This document shows, piece by piece, positions 51,299 to 62,361 of a stretch of DNA of 64,000 bases. The DNA is from Paecilomyces variotii (taxonomy: Eukaryota), in assembly GCA_004022145.1 (NCBI GenBank), contig RCNU01000011.1. One strand, given 5' to 3'. The notes beneath the pieces were generated by a model. It did not search any database. It saw nothing but the letters and a program-made list of their open reading frames with translations, and had not been told where the DNA came from. A program made the position numbers and the translations under genes. Position 1 is the first letter of the stretch, and the number at the start of each line of letters is the position of its first letter.

Positions 51299-52414
51299 AT
51301 GTCTGCTCAAGCTACCAATTTCCACGGCTGGGTTGCTCACTCCGCAACCGGTCCTCTCACCTTCACCACATTTAAACCCAAACCCTTCACAAACATTGAC
51401 ATCGAGATCAAAATCACGCACTGTGGGGTCTGCGGCTCAGACATCCATACCCTCCGCTCAGGCTGGGGTCCAACAGATTATCCATGTGTCGTCGGCCATG
51501 AGATTATCGGGATAGCCACACGAGTCGGTTCTGGAGTGGCAACGCTGGCTTCTTCTCCCGCTTCAAGAGCCATCAAAGTTGGTGACCGCGTTGGCGTTGG
51601 TCCGCAGAGCATGTCATGCCTCAAGCCCGATTGTGAGGCCTGCTCGACCAAAAGGGAGAACTACTGTCCTCGTATTACGGGAACATATGCCTCGCGGTAC
51701 GCTGATGGAAGCAAATCCTACGGCGGATACGCGACGTATTGGCGTGGACCAGCGCATTTTGTATTCAAAATTCCCGACGCATTGCCATCTGCAGAAGCTG
51801 CGCCATTGCTTTGCGCGGGAATTACTGTCTTCTCGCCCTTAGTTCAGTGCGGCGTCGGCCCGGGGAAATCAGTTGGTATCATCGGAATCGGCGGGTTAGG
51901 GCATTTAGGTATCCAATTCGCGAAAGCGCTGAATTGTGATCGCGTGGTGGCTGTCTCTCGGACATCCAGCAAGCGCGACGATGCAATCAAGGGCCTTGGA
52001 GCAGATGCATTCATCGCTACAGACGAAGATAAGAATTGGGCGAAGAAAAACTCTAGCACACTCGATATCATTCTCTGCACGGTCTCCTCACCGAAAATGC
52101 CACTGTCCCAGTACCTCCGTTTGCTCAAATTAAATGGATCATTCGTCCAGCTTGGTGCACCGGAGGATCCCTTACCACCTATCAGGGCGGGGAGTTTGAT
52201 TATGAAAGGTGTCAAGCTCACAGGATCTAATATTGGGTCTCCGGAAGAGATTAGGCGGATGCTTGAATTGGCAGCTGAGAAGAAAGTTTTGCCGTGGGTT
52301 CAAACGAGACCGATGAAAGAGGTCAATGAGGCGTTAGTGGATATGCATGAGGGGAAGGCGAGGTATAGATATGTTCTTACTAATGAGGCAGATGGTGAGA
52401 AGGCGAGGTTGTAA
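51299..52414 (+). CDS. Zn-dependent NADP(H) alcohol dehydrogenase (CAD/Adh6-like MDR), intronless
   Basis: CGVCGSDIH, GHEIIG, GDRVGVG, four structural-Zn cysteines, APLLCAGIT, GIGGLGH, GKARYRYVL. Confidence 0.93.
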   Translation: MSAQATNFHGWVAHSATGPLTFTTFKPKPFTNIDIEIKITHCGVCGSDIHTLRSGWGPTDYPCVVGHEIIGIATRVGSGVATLASSPASRAIKVGDRVGVGPQSMSCLKPDCEACSTKRENYCPRITGTYASRYADGSKSYGGYATYWRGPAHFVFKIPDALPSAEAAPLLCAGITVFSPLVQCGVGPGKSVGIIGIGGLGHLGIQFAKALNCDRVVAVSRTSSKRDDAIKGLGADAFIATDEDKNWAKKNSSTLDIILCTVSSPKMPLSQYLRLLKLNGSFVQLGAPEDPLPPIRAGSLIMKGVKLTGSNIGSPEEIRRMLELAAEKKVLPWVQTRPMKEVNEALVDMHEGKARYRYVLTNEADGEKARL

Positions 52415-52708
52415 TTATAGCATTGTGAATAACAATACTTCGGACATACCGCTTCATATCTTAGCGTGCGAATATCAGTATATCAAGAGGCCACATTCCA
52501 ATTTTCCCATTCTCATAGAGCTGGATGAGGAATGAACTCATACAGCTGGAAGATATGCCATCATTGCTCACACAACCTGGTACATAGCACATTGTCCATA
52601 GAGCACTTTCTTGCCTCAGTATCTCTCAATAAAATATATTGCCTATTATAGGCTCTATGTAGGAGATGGCTCACTGCAGCTTAATCTCGCGTCGCATTTT
52701 GGGCAAAT

Positions 52709-52957
52709 CTACCCTGCAAACTCGTACTTTGGCTGTCCGCGCGCATCTGTAGGCTTAAATTTGAACATATGCCCCTCTCATCATCCGTACTGGCACTCGG
52801 CCGTCGATCCTTCCCACTCGCAACGAAAAGAATATCATAATACTTTCCACCCCAGGTTGGACAGGTTGGATTCTTGGTAGTAAAAAATGATATCTTTCAA
52901 GTGTCGCCCTTCGGAATTGAATACCATTACACGATTAGCATCGTACATGGCTATCCA
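52709..52957 (-). pseudogene. C-terminal fragment of an SMP-30/regucalcin/gluconolactonase gene with two frameshifts
   Basis: WIAMYDANRVMVFNSEGRHLKDIIFTTKNPTCPTWGGKYYDIL /-1/ FVASGKDRRPSASTDDE /-1/ GHMFKFKPTDARGQPKYEFAG*; no recognisable N-terminal part upstream. Confidence 0.7.
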
Positions 52958-54298
52958 ACCTTGGTCTAAGGGTGCCTTTAGATTGTTCTACTACGACGAT
53001 GAGCAAAGTTTACAGAGCTCTTAGGCAATGTGGTTACCAGTTGTTCATCATACTTGTAATACGCTCCATCCTTGTCCAAACAGGCAAGCTGGGTTACTGT
53101 AGCTGTTATTAGGCCGTGGATGCTACAGTGGATAAAAATGTTCACGAGGTAAAAAGCGTTGGGAAGGGTAAAATGTGCAGCTGAATCCACCGAAAGTTAG
53201 GATATGCAGGGTTTAGTTACACATATTAAGCGGTTGCAATTGATCGATATTGTTAACAAGGCTATACTTACCTTATTAATGTGAGGCAGCAAACTATGCT
53301 AAGTGAGATCCTGGGAGCACAGTACATGCCGTCAGATAACGCTATGGGACTCCACAATACTACGATGGTCATGTTTTATAAGATAGGTGGGGGTTGGGGG
53401 CTGTTACTCCAGGACTCAGGTATCTAGAGCAAGGATATTATTGGAGAGCTTGCTACGTGCTGAGCGCTTAGGCACTGACGCTATTTTGGCTATTATGCCT
53501 GATATTACAAGGTCTCAGTTTTAGAATTTCATTGGTAAATGATAAGAAAGCTATTTCGCGGAAGCACCGTGATAGCGCTATAAATAATAACAGGCTGTGC
53601 ATGGGTGCTCATATTTCACGCAGTTTTAGCGATAATATAATTAATGGCATTGATATTTGTCATCTAAGCAATCTAACCAGTTGGATAACGCTCATACAAA
53701 ATAGATCCTAATTATTAGTTACTATATACATGTGCCACTTGATAGGAAAAGTTACTATTTACTCTAATTAGAAATTTAACTCTGTGCAATTATGGCGGCT
53801 ACAGAAACTATAGAACACTTTTACGCTTGCTATTCTGACTAGATGCCGTATTTAGTGACATGGATACCTGGACTCTTCATTGCCGCCCATAATATACCCT
53901 TGCATGTGCTTAAAAGCAGCCGTTGCACTGTGGCTGGATTGATTGGACCCTGCAACGCTGGATTCCATACTAGTTGTATATGCGCAGATAAATCGCCAGA
54001 TACCCTGTTTCTCATTAGGCTATAAAGGGCCGCTACGGTCTCATGGGAATCCAAATTCTTAATACTCACGAAATATCAGAGATCAGCCCTTTCTTCCTTT
54101 TGACGCTCACAAAGTTACAAACTATGACAGAGTGTTAAATAATACGATCAAACTTCCATTCTCTTTGGCCATCTCCCACATACTGCTATTTCCAAGTATC
54201 AGAGGAGAACTTTTCCACTTTCAACTGAGCGAATGGAAATCTGACTGGTAAGGGAAGATTAAGCAAATATATATGCTGCAACTAACCATTACAAGAAA

Positions 54299-54832
54299 AT
54301 GTCCCTCATTATTGACGACGTCCTTATGGCGCTTTGGACGAGAGCCCAGGAGCAACCCTCAGATGAATGGGCCTCTGCCACACTCTGGACTCATTTATGG
54401 AACAAACACTTCTTTTCGGAGAAAGACTGGGTCGTTTCTCAGGAGACTCCTCCAGAGGGAAGTGGCCGTCGACGAGTAGATATTACCATCGAATATCTGG
54501 GTTCAGATTATAAGCTGGCTGTTCTTGCGTTCCATGAAGCAAAAGCGTTGGATGCAGGACCTCAAGATGTCGAAGAGGCCGAACATCAAGCATTTGATGC
54601 TTGTATGAGATACCTTGGAGAACATTCCGAGTTAAATTTTGTGTATGCGTTCACCTCATTTGGCACGAGAGGTAGAGCATGGAGCTGTGGACCGAGTGAT
54701 GATTACCTGATGCCGCTATTCGGCTCAGGCCAATTAGCTGAGCGTAGCGAGTACATTGAGGTACACAGCCCAGAGGCTCGGCTAATCACACAGGCTGTTA
54801 GAACGATGAAAAGTGTCCCACCATCTATGTAG
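54299..54832 (+). CDS. Small orphan protein with a PD-(D/E)xK restriction-endonuclease-like motif pattern
   Basis: 177 aa: QE.PP...RVDITI...LAFHEAK...EAEHQA....RY...VYAFTSFGT...W; intron-like segment 54248-54295 in the 5' UTR suggests an expressed gene. Confidence 0.65.
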   Translation: MSLIIDDVLMALWTRAQEQPSDEWASATLWTHLWNKHFFSEKDWVVSQETPPEGSGRRRVDITIEYLGSDYKLAVLAFHEAKALDAGPQDVEEAEHQAFDACMRYLGEHSELNFVYAFTSFGTRGRAWSCGPSDDYLMPLFGSGQLAERSEYIEVHSPEARLITQAVRTMKSVPPSM

Positions 54833-54936
54833 GGCAATGGAAGTGCAGCGGCATTGCTTCCCGCCTTGAATATCTCGTTCTAGTGAACCTAAGAATGAAC
54901 GTCTGCCTTTTGTATTTCTCATGCGCTGTATATATC

Positions 54937-56875
54937 CTAGTCATCATATGTGATGATTCTATCTCCAAACCGGCCAAACCACCAGACAATGGTGCCATGA
55001 TTAGGCAGCCTCTGCCATTCGCCAGTCTGGAGGACGAGCTCAGGGTCATCCAAGCCACTCCGAATGTTTCTAATGTAGCCTCGTTCATCAATGTAGCCAA
55101 TCTCGACGTACATCGGTTTTAAGATCTCTTCAGTCAGACCATGCTGCCAGCAGATCTGCCCAATGGATTCAATATGTCGGTCGCCATAGAATAACAACAT
55201 ACCCAGGCATGGATTGTGCGGTTTGGTTTTGTCTCTACAGACTTTTACCTTGACAAGGTTGCTCAGTGAGGCCTTCGTCATGTACCAGGCACTGCTTCTT
55301 GAGCCTCGACCGGAAGGGACTGGTGGAGGTTCGAAATGAGCACCCGTAGGCATCGGTCCTGCCTCGGCACAGTCTTGGCCACTGCAGGTAACCCCGAGCG
55401 CTGAGATGGATGTAGAGGTTGGATCCAGCCCATCATGGAAAATTCCGGAAATAGCACTGTCGCCATTGGTCACCAATGGATGATACTCGTATTGGTCGGC
55501 GATTTGTCCTGGATATTGCGGTCCGAATGTAACGGTCCTTCCTGTGGAGGTTTGGAGCTTATTGGTGAGTCATGGCAAGAAAAGAAAAAGGAATCATGGA
55601 CCTACAAGTAGGATAGGATTGGAAGCCAGTCCACTGATAAATTTGAACTTCCGGACCCAAGCTGCTCTGATGTATTCATTTTCATTGAACGGGAAGTAGA
55701 TCCATTGTCTATGGCTCTTACTTGTGCGTTGATGCATCAGATCGACGAAATCCCTGAAGGCTTTCGACGTACCCGAAAAACCGTGGATTCCCACAGTTTT
55801 GCCATCGGCACAACATACGAGAAGGCCTTGAACTAGAGCACTGAATTTCACATAGGTTAACCGCAGATTATCTCGGACGTGAAAGAAATTCCACGGATGA
55901 AATTTAGGTGGCGAAGGGGAACTCCAGATTCTGAATATAGGAGACGAATCGTCAGAAACGAGTCGCACGCCTCTCACGAAGAGACCCTAGCCATGTTAGT
56001 CACCGAATAGCTGCTAACCCAAGGAAGCCATACGTTGAATTCCACATTAGCCTCCAGACAGGAGCGTCCAGCTTCGAGAATCTCGTACCACGGGGATCCG
56101 TCTGGCGAGGGAACCGAATCATGGTCCATGAATTGTATCCCGCGCAAGCCAATGCAATCGACTGCCATAACAATCCGTTTGATATTACTAGTCGGTTTTA
56201 TGCAATACTGACCGGACACCCCATTTGACCCGAGCGGCTTGTTGCTAAGTCTTGCTAGGTAAGAAATACCCCGGTAGCGTATTCGAGACATCCAGATTTC
56301 CCGTGTCAAGCTCAGTTGCGTACACTGGGATTCAGAAGAGGTTCGCAAGAGGCGGATCAGTCGATTGGTCTCTCCAAGCACGGTTAAGTACCAGCATGGA
56401 CCAATGAACTCGGAAATGATGATTTGCACTTCCACTGGTAATTTCTTAAGCAAATCTTGACTAAAACTTTCTTGGATAATGCCTCTTGCGTATTTACTAA
56501 ACAGCCCTTCTAATGCTGTGAGGCTTTCTTTGGATTCTTCACGCTGAGGTTTATAGAATGGACTGGTTGCGTTTGCAAACCTTTCCAACTCATCCGAAGT
56601 AGGCTTCTCAGAAGGCTCGAAGCTATCCAGCAGGACGTCGTAGCAGGTTGCATGGAACCAGATCCGCGGGTAGGGTGAATAAGAGCAGCCTGCGCACGGA
56701 CTTTTGCACTCAGGGACTGTGAGCAGGTTGTTCCTTAAGTCTGTGAATCGTATATTAGCCTGGCATGAGCTATGAGCAGGGAGAACCCACCAAGGATATA
56801 TGATCCGGCACTCGAAACTTGTCTACACAGCAGGCATGACGACCGACCAACGTGAACCTTCTCTGAACATATCAT
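54937..56875 (-). CDS. Fungal hypothetical protein with Cys-rich N-terminus and F-box-like segment; about 4 exons
   Basis: MICSEKV..CLLC / intron 56790-56741 / C..C..C...WFHATCY, F-box-like LLKKLPVEVQIIISEFI, then ORFs 55974-56588, 55594-55977 and 54937-55476 linked by GT-AG gaps. Confidence 0.65.
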
Positions 56876-56986
56876 TGCGGACAGATTTCCTGTGGATGTC
56901 GGTACAAGGCCACGCGCCGGAACGAAAGCTGTGATGAAATAAGGGTTGTCTGCACTTTTATGATCGGCAGCTGCAGCGGGAGTGGT

Positions 56987-57088
56987 TGGATGGCCCGGTC
57001 GTCGGGTTACAAATTACCAATACTTACCAGTTGTTTCATTGAAAATTACTACTATTGGTAATTTATAACCCGACGACCCGGCCATCCA
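56987..57088. repeat. 102-bp foldback: 36-bp inverted arms (34/36) with a 30-nt spacer
   Basis: TGGATGGCCCGGTCGTCGGGTTACAAATTACCAATA (56987-57022) versus the reverse complement of 57053-57088. Confidence 0.9.
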
Positions 57089-59591
57089 TACAACAGCTGA
57101 GAAACGAGTCACGAGGTCTATAAAAAGTTCAAGGGGCATCGTAACCGTCCCTGGAGAATCTCTAACACAAGGAGCAAAAGTATCGTCCCAATGGTGACTG
57201 GTTGAACATATTGCCGAGATGCAGATGGCCTTGTCGGATGAAGAAGTAGTCTACAATTATGATGCCCGCAACCGGTCCTTGGAATACCGAATATCCGTCC
57301 AGAAAGCTGAGGAATCCATTGGCAGTCGATACATTCTCCTACATGCTTGTTTCAGGTCACTCCTACGACCTGACCGAGAGCATGACAATCGGTAGGAACA
57401 GAGTTACCAGGGCACAATGGCAAATGCAATGATTAGGCAGATAAACTGACCGTGCGATATTTACGTAGCGCAGAGCGAGGCAGGTGACATCCGCAGTAAA
57501 GGGGATAATGTTGCGTGCAATCAATGTGCCGGTGAATTAATTTTGTCGTCAAGACCCTTGATAGGCTTATAGGAGTGAGAGAGTCGAATTAACAATATAT
57601 CTAGTATTGGATAAAACGTATGGCCGGGCAAAATTCGTAGTAAACTTAGAAATTACAAGTACATACAATACAACCAGTCTTATCTAACTGCCAGAACACC
57701 GCCTTTCCGCTAAAAACCTCTTACTCTGCTACAATTAATCTGTGAAATAAACTAATTGTCCTTTTAACTCTGCAATCTTCATCTCCTCGATATATGCGAG
57801 CAAGTTTGCACAGGCTCGCATCATCGAAATGATCGAAGAGCAGCACGAACAGAATGCGTTGTTCGTGACGAACATACACCCAGGCGGGCTTTGAAGTGAT
57901 TTCAGTAGGACTATGCCAGAGAAGTATCAACGTTATGAGACTTGTCTATGTGTGTGCCTTCATTTATTTTCCAGATGAATCAGAGACTAATTGACTGAAA
58001 AAAGCACCGCGTAGTGCTTATAGATCCACGAGATCTGGCTAGTGCATTTGTATTTGGCTACTATCTCGGAACCAAGATCTAGTACATAGGTACAGGGCTT
58101 GAATGGAAGGCTTTCATCTTCGAAGTGGGACGTGAATGAATGGCTTGGAAAGATGGACGAGATTGTGGAGAGAGTGTCGAATCCTAAACAGCACGGAAGC
58201 AGGATTTGAATTGCTTGCTTGACTCTAGATCTAGGGGGGATTTGACCCCTTATTTATCTCTAGCATACAGGATCCAGTAGGTTCGATCCAATTCCATACG
58301 GGAACGTTGTGTAACAGATGATTGCAGATCACCTGGCGTTTGCTTTGTACGCCGACAGAGAGACTTCCACGAAACAAGGTTCGAAATGTTCGGCACCGTA
58401 AGTCATAAACCGGTGGTTTTAAGCCATAGCAAGGATCAATATATGTATATGTATTGCTCCGAGATGCTACTGTCGCAATGCTAAATACCTAGATAGATTA
58501 TGGTCCATTAGAATATCCCTCTATTAATGATCTCGTGGGAGGAATTCGAATGAGGTACTAGCGTGATATTTAACGAAGATCTTTTACGAAATTCGGCATT
58601 TTGAAGAAAAATTGCATCTGTTGGAGCTCTCTTTTTCAATAAAAAGAGAAGAGTAGAGTTCGTGGAGTGGACGTTTAAACTACGAAATGTACTCCGTAGT
58701 GTGGGATGAGTGGGGAGTCGTGGGGACATGGGACATGTTATTTGTCCCCACAGATGTTGTTTACTGCAGTAAGTTAAGTTAGTAGTAGTTACAGTACTCC
58801 TTTTTCTTTGCGATCTCTTACCATTGCTGATTTCGATTGAATCGGTTTGTTTCAATACCATTCTCTATCAGACCTGTCTGCTAGGTGATGCAGTTCTATG
58901 CGAACCTTAACGGAGTAGATCGACACTTGAGCCAGCGGGACAGATCTGGAAACTGTTTACGACTGCCCTTAGTCAAGCCCCTATTATTCTTTTGACACTG
59001 CTCAGAATCTCAACTCAGGAACAGGTGATAGTTCTCCCTTGTTAAATTAGCCATCTCGGGCTAGACAAACTCCTGTACCTTGTCTTCTATTCCGTTTTAT
59101 AACTAGATAACTAACTCAATCAATCACAGAGCTTTCTATATCTCCACATGTCGATCTTTCCAGTAGAACCTCGGTCTCCCCACTCATAAGACGTTGTCCT
59201 ATAATAATTTATCCCAGTTGTCTTCGCTCTTCGGCTCAATGCCCGACAGACCTGTCGCTTTATTTGTCTATTAGTCTCGATCCCAAAAGTGCAGATTTTA
59301 GCCGGATCGTGCCGGGTCTGTTCCTGAATGAGGCCATGCGCCACTTTCGCGGCCATGTAACTACCTGCTCACTACTAACATGACCGCGGGTATTAATTAG
59401 ATCCTGGATACGTGCAGACCACAGACCTTACTCTATGAGAAAGACTAAGCAGGGGTAGTTATAGCTGGCAATTCTTCTGAAAACCGACTGTACGGTGTGG
59501 GCTTATATAGAGATGGCGTCCCCACCCCCCGTTGAAGCAGTTCGCTCTCTATCCTCACCACCACACCCACATTCGTTTGAAATATCTCAAG

Positions 59592-61334
59592 ATGCGGCCA
59601 GCATCCTGGATTGCTGCTGCTGCGGTATCAGCGGGCATTGCTCATGCTGCGACCCTCGATGAAGTCTGCACGACCTCGTATGCTCAAGAGGCGTTGCCCG
59701 CGGATGGCTTCTATCAGGGCGTCACCATCGACCCATCTTCTGTCGTCGTTGCACCCGTCAAGAACGCCTCAGTGAGCGATGATGTTTGGTATCCGGATTC
59801 GGTGTTCGACTATTGCGATATCACCTTCGCCTACTCGCACACCGCACGAAACGATCGAGTTCTTGTGAGATATTGGCTACCAGCACCAAACAAGTTCCAG
59901 AATCGGTACCTCTCCACGGGAGGTGGAGGATATGCCATCAACTCGGGCAACAGTTCACTTCCTGGAGGGATCATATATGGCGCTGTGGCGGGCGCCACGG
60001 ACGGTGGTTTCGGGAGCTTCGATACTCAATTCGATACAGTCTGGCTACTTGCGAATGGTACTGCGAATTGGGAATCGCTGTTCATGTTTGGATATGAAGC
60101 AATCCACGAGCTGAGCGTGTTGGGGAAGCAGTTCACAAAGCAATTCTTCAACATGACCGAGAACGACAAGCTATACTCGTACTACCAGGGATGCTCTGAG
60201 GGTGGTCGAGAAGGATGGAGTCAAGTTCAACGCTTCGCCGATGAATGGGATGGTGCCGTTACCGGCGCGCCCGCTTTCCGCTACGCTTTCCAGCAAATCC
60301 AGCATCTTTACTCTAACGTGGTGACGCAGACTCTTGGTTACTACCCACCTCAGTGCGAGCTTAAGAAGATCGTGAACGAGACAATTGCTGCTTGCGACCC
60401 GTTGGATGGAAAGACTGATGGCGTTGTGGCTCGCTCTGATCTGTGCAAGCTACATTTCAACATCACCTCCCTTGTCGGCAAGCCCTATCATTGTCCCGCA
60501 TCCGCAGCTTCTTCTACTCCTTTCCCGACCCCTGCCACGCCAGCGCAGAATGGCACGGTGACTGCTGAGGGCGTGAATGTTGCTAGAGAGATCATTAAGG
60601 GTCTGCGCGACAGCAAGGGTCGTCAAGTATATTTCTCTTACCAGCCTGCTGCTTCCTTCTCCGATGCTCTAACGCAGTACAACTCCACTACTGGTTCCTG
60701 GGAGCTGTATGTGAACAGCTTTGGTGCAGGGTTTGTGACGCGTTATCTGGAACTGGTGAACGCCTCGACGCTGGCGAACCTTGACGGAGTCACGTATGAT
60801 ACCCTCAAAGAGTGGATCTACGAAAGCTGGCAGAGATACGAGGATACGCTGCAGACGACCTGGCCAGATCTGACTGCTTTCCAGGAAGCGGGTGGCAAGG
60901 TCCTGCATCTGCATGGTGAATCCGATAGCAGTATTCCACCGGCCTCGTCGATCCGATACCACGAGTCCGTCCGCAGCGTCATGTACCCGAAGCTGTCTTT
61001 CAACGACAGCAGCATTGCGCTCGCAGACTGGTATCGTCTCTTCCTTGTCCCGGGAGCTGAACACTGCGCAACCAACTCTCTGCAACCGAATGGACCCTGG
61101 CCGCAGACAACGCTGCAGACTCTCATTGATTGGGTTGAGAAGGACATCGCGCCGGAGACTCTTAATGGAACTATCCTTCAAGGCGAGCACGTTGGTGAAA
61201 GCCAGCCGATCTGTGCTTGGCCTCTGAGGCCATATTGGAGCGAAAATGGAACGAAGATGGAATGTCAATACGACCAGGCCTCGATTGATTCGTGGATTTA
61301 CGACCTTGATGCGTTCAAACTGCCTGTTTACTAA
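59592..61334 (+). CDS. Secreted tannase/feruloyl esterase family enzyme, intronless
   Basis: Signal peptide MRPASWIAAAAVSAGIAHA; TGGGG, GATDGG, YQGCSEGGREG, ACDPLDG.TDG, HGESDSSI, VPGAEHC, CAWP. Confidence 0.93.
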   Translation: MRPASWIAAAAVSAGIAHAATLDEVCTTSYAQEALPADGFYQGVTIDPSSVVVAPVKNASVSDDVWYPDSVFDYCDITFAYSHTARNDRVLVRYWLPAPNKFQNRYLSTGGGGYAINSGNSSLPGGIIYGAVAGATDGGFGSFDTQFDTVWLLANGTANWESLFMFGYEAIHELSVLGKQFTKQFFNMTENDKLYSYYQGCSEGGREGWSQVQRFADEWDGAVTGAPAFRYAFQQIQHLYSNVVTQTLGYYPPQCELKKIVNETIAACDPLDGKTDGVVARSDLCKLHFNITSLVGKPYHCPASAASSTPFPTPATPAQNGTVTAEGVNVAREIIKGLRDSKGRQVYFSYQPAASFSDALTQYNSTTGSWELYVNSFGAGFVTRYLELVNASTLANLDGVTYDTLKEWIYESWQRYEDTLQTTWPDLTAFQEAGGKVLHLHGESDSSIPPASSIRYHESVRSVMYPKLSFNDSSIALADWYRLFLVPGAEHCATNSLQPNGPWPQTTLQTLIDWVEKDIAPETLNGTILQGEHVGESQPICAWPLRPYWSENGTKMECQYDQASIDSWIYDLDAFKLPVY

Positions 61335-62361
61335 GACCAAAGAGAATCGAGGTAGTATTCATCGATCAATGTGGATCTCTGTTGAGGGGATTCATCAGTC
61401 GAACAGTAGAAGGTGGGATAGAATGAGGAAATCGATTCCTTCGGGCACATTTGCTTCGTTCGATCTTGCGTGGTGATGTATGTCATGCAGGACCTTTTTT
61501 CTTGAACCACTGTCACTATTTGTATATATATAAGCGTATTCCTTTTGAGATAATAGCATGACCGTGCTGTCAGGGGAATCCCCAGGCGTGCATTCATAGC
61601 GCGTCATCTTTATATGTAGGAACCTGTAGACGGACAGCTACAACATTCCGTGGAACACCAAAGCGCAAAGAAAACCCCAATATAAAGACGGACATGATTG
61701 GCGACAACTCTGCTCCAGTCACAGGCCGTTACACACATAAACGCCGATGTCTTAGCTTCGAATGGATCTCCGAGAAGATCTCCATGGGGGCTTGATGGTG
61801 AATTAGACTGGCGATGATCATTGGCAGATGCCAGCGCAAGTCCTCCGTAGAATCAGATAAAGGCGATCAGGTGTATCTCACAAGCCCCATTATGGGCCTG
61901 CACGCATGACTGACTGCTCTCGACAGGCATAGGCAAGAGGACAAGCTGCGGTGGACGATGATACCCGCCAGCCTTGTTGGACTGGAGATGCGATGAATGG
62001 GATGGCTGAGTTGGAGTGATACATGGCCAGTACTTGCTTGCTTGACCAGGCAGCCAAAACCCCGCCAGAGCGGCCCAACACGTGTTCTCCGCCGCTCGTT
62101 GGCCCAGCGAAACTTGACCAGCGCAGGTCAAGTTGGCATCGACAAAGCCTCAGATCGGGGATTTATCTACGTGCCGTGCGTTCCTGGTTGCGTGGAGTCT
62201 GTCTGGGAGACGCTGTCACCATGGTTCAATTGCTCCCAGAGCTTCCTCCGCTTGCTGCTGTCACTTATTGACCTACCTGATAGCTAGGTTCTGATCACCA
62301 GATACAACAATACAGAGATAATCAACGATCAAAGGAAGCCCCAAGGGCATCCAGCGCAGCA

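Noticed and set aside
57100-59500. Short ORFs and small inverted repeats upstream of the tannase gene
   Set aside because: No recognisable domains; 9-bp inverted repeats and short GTGGGG sites are expected by chance.
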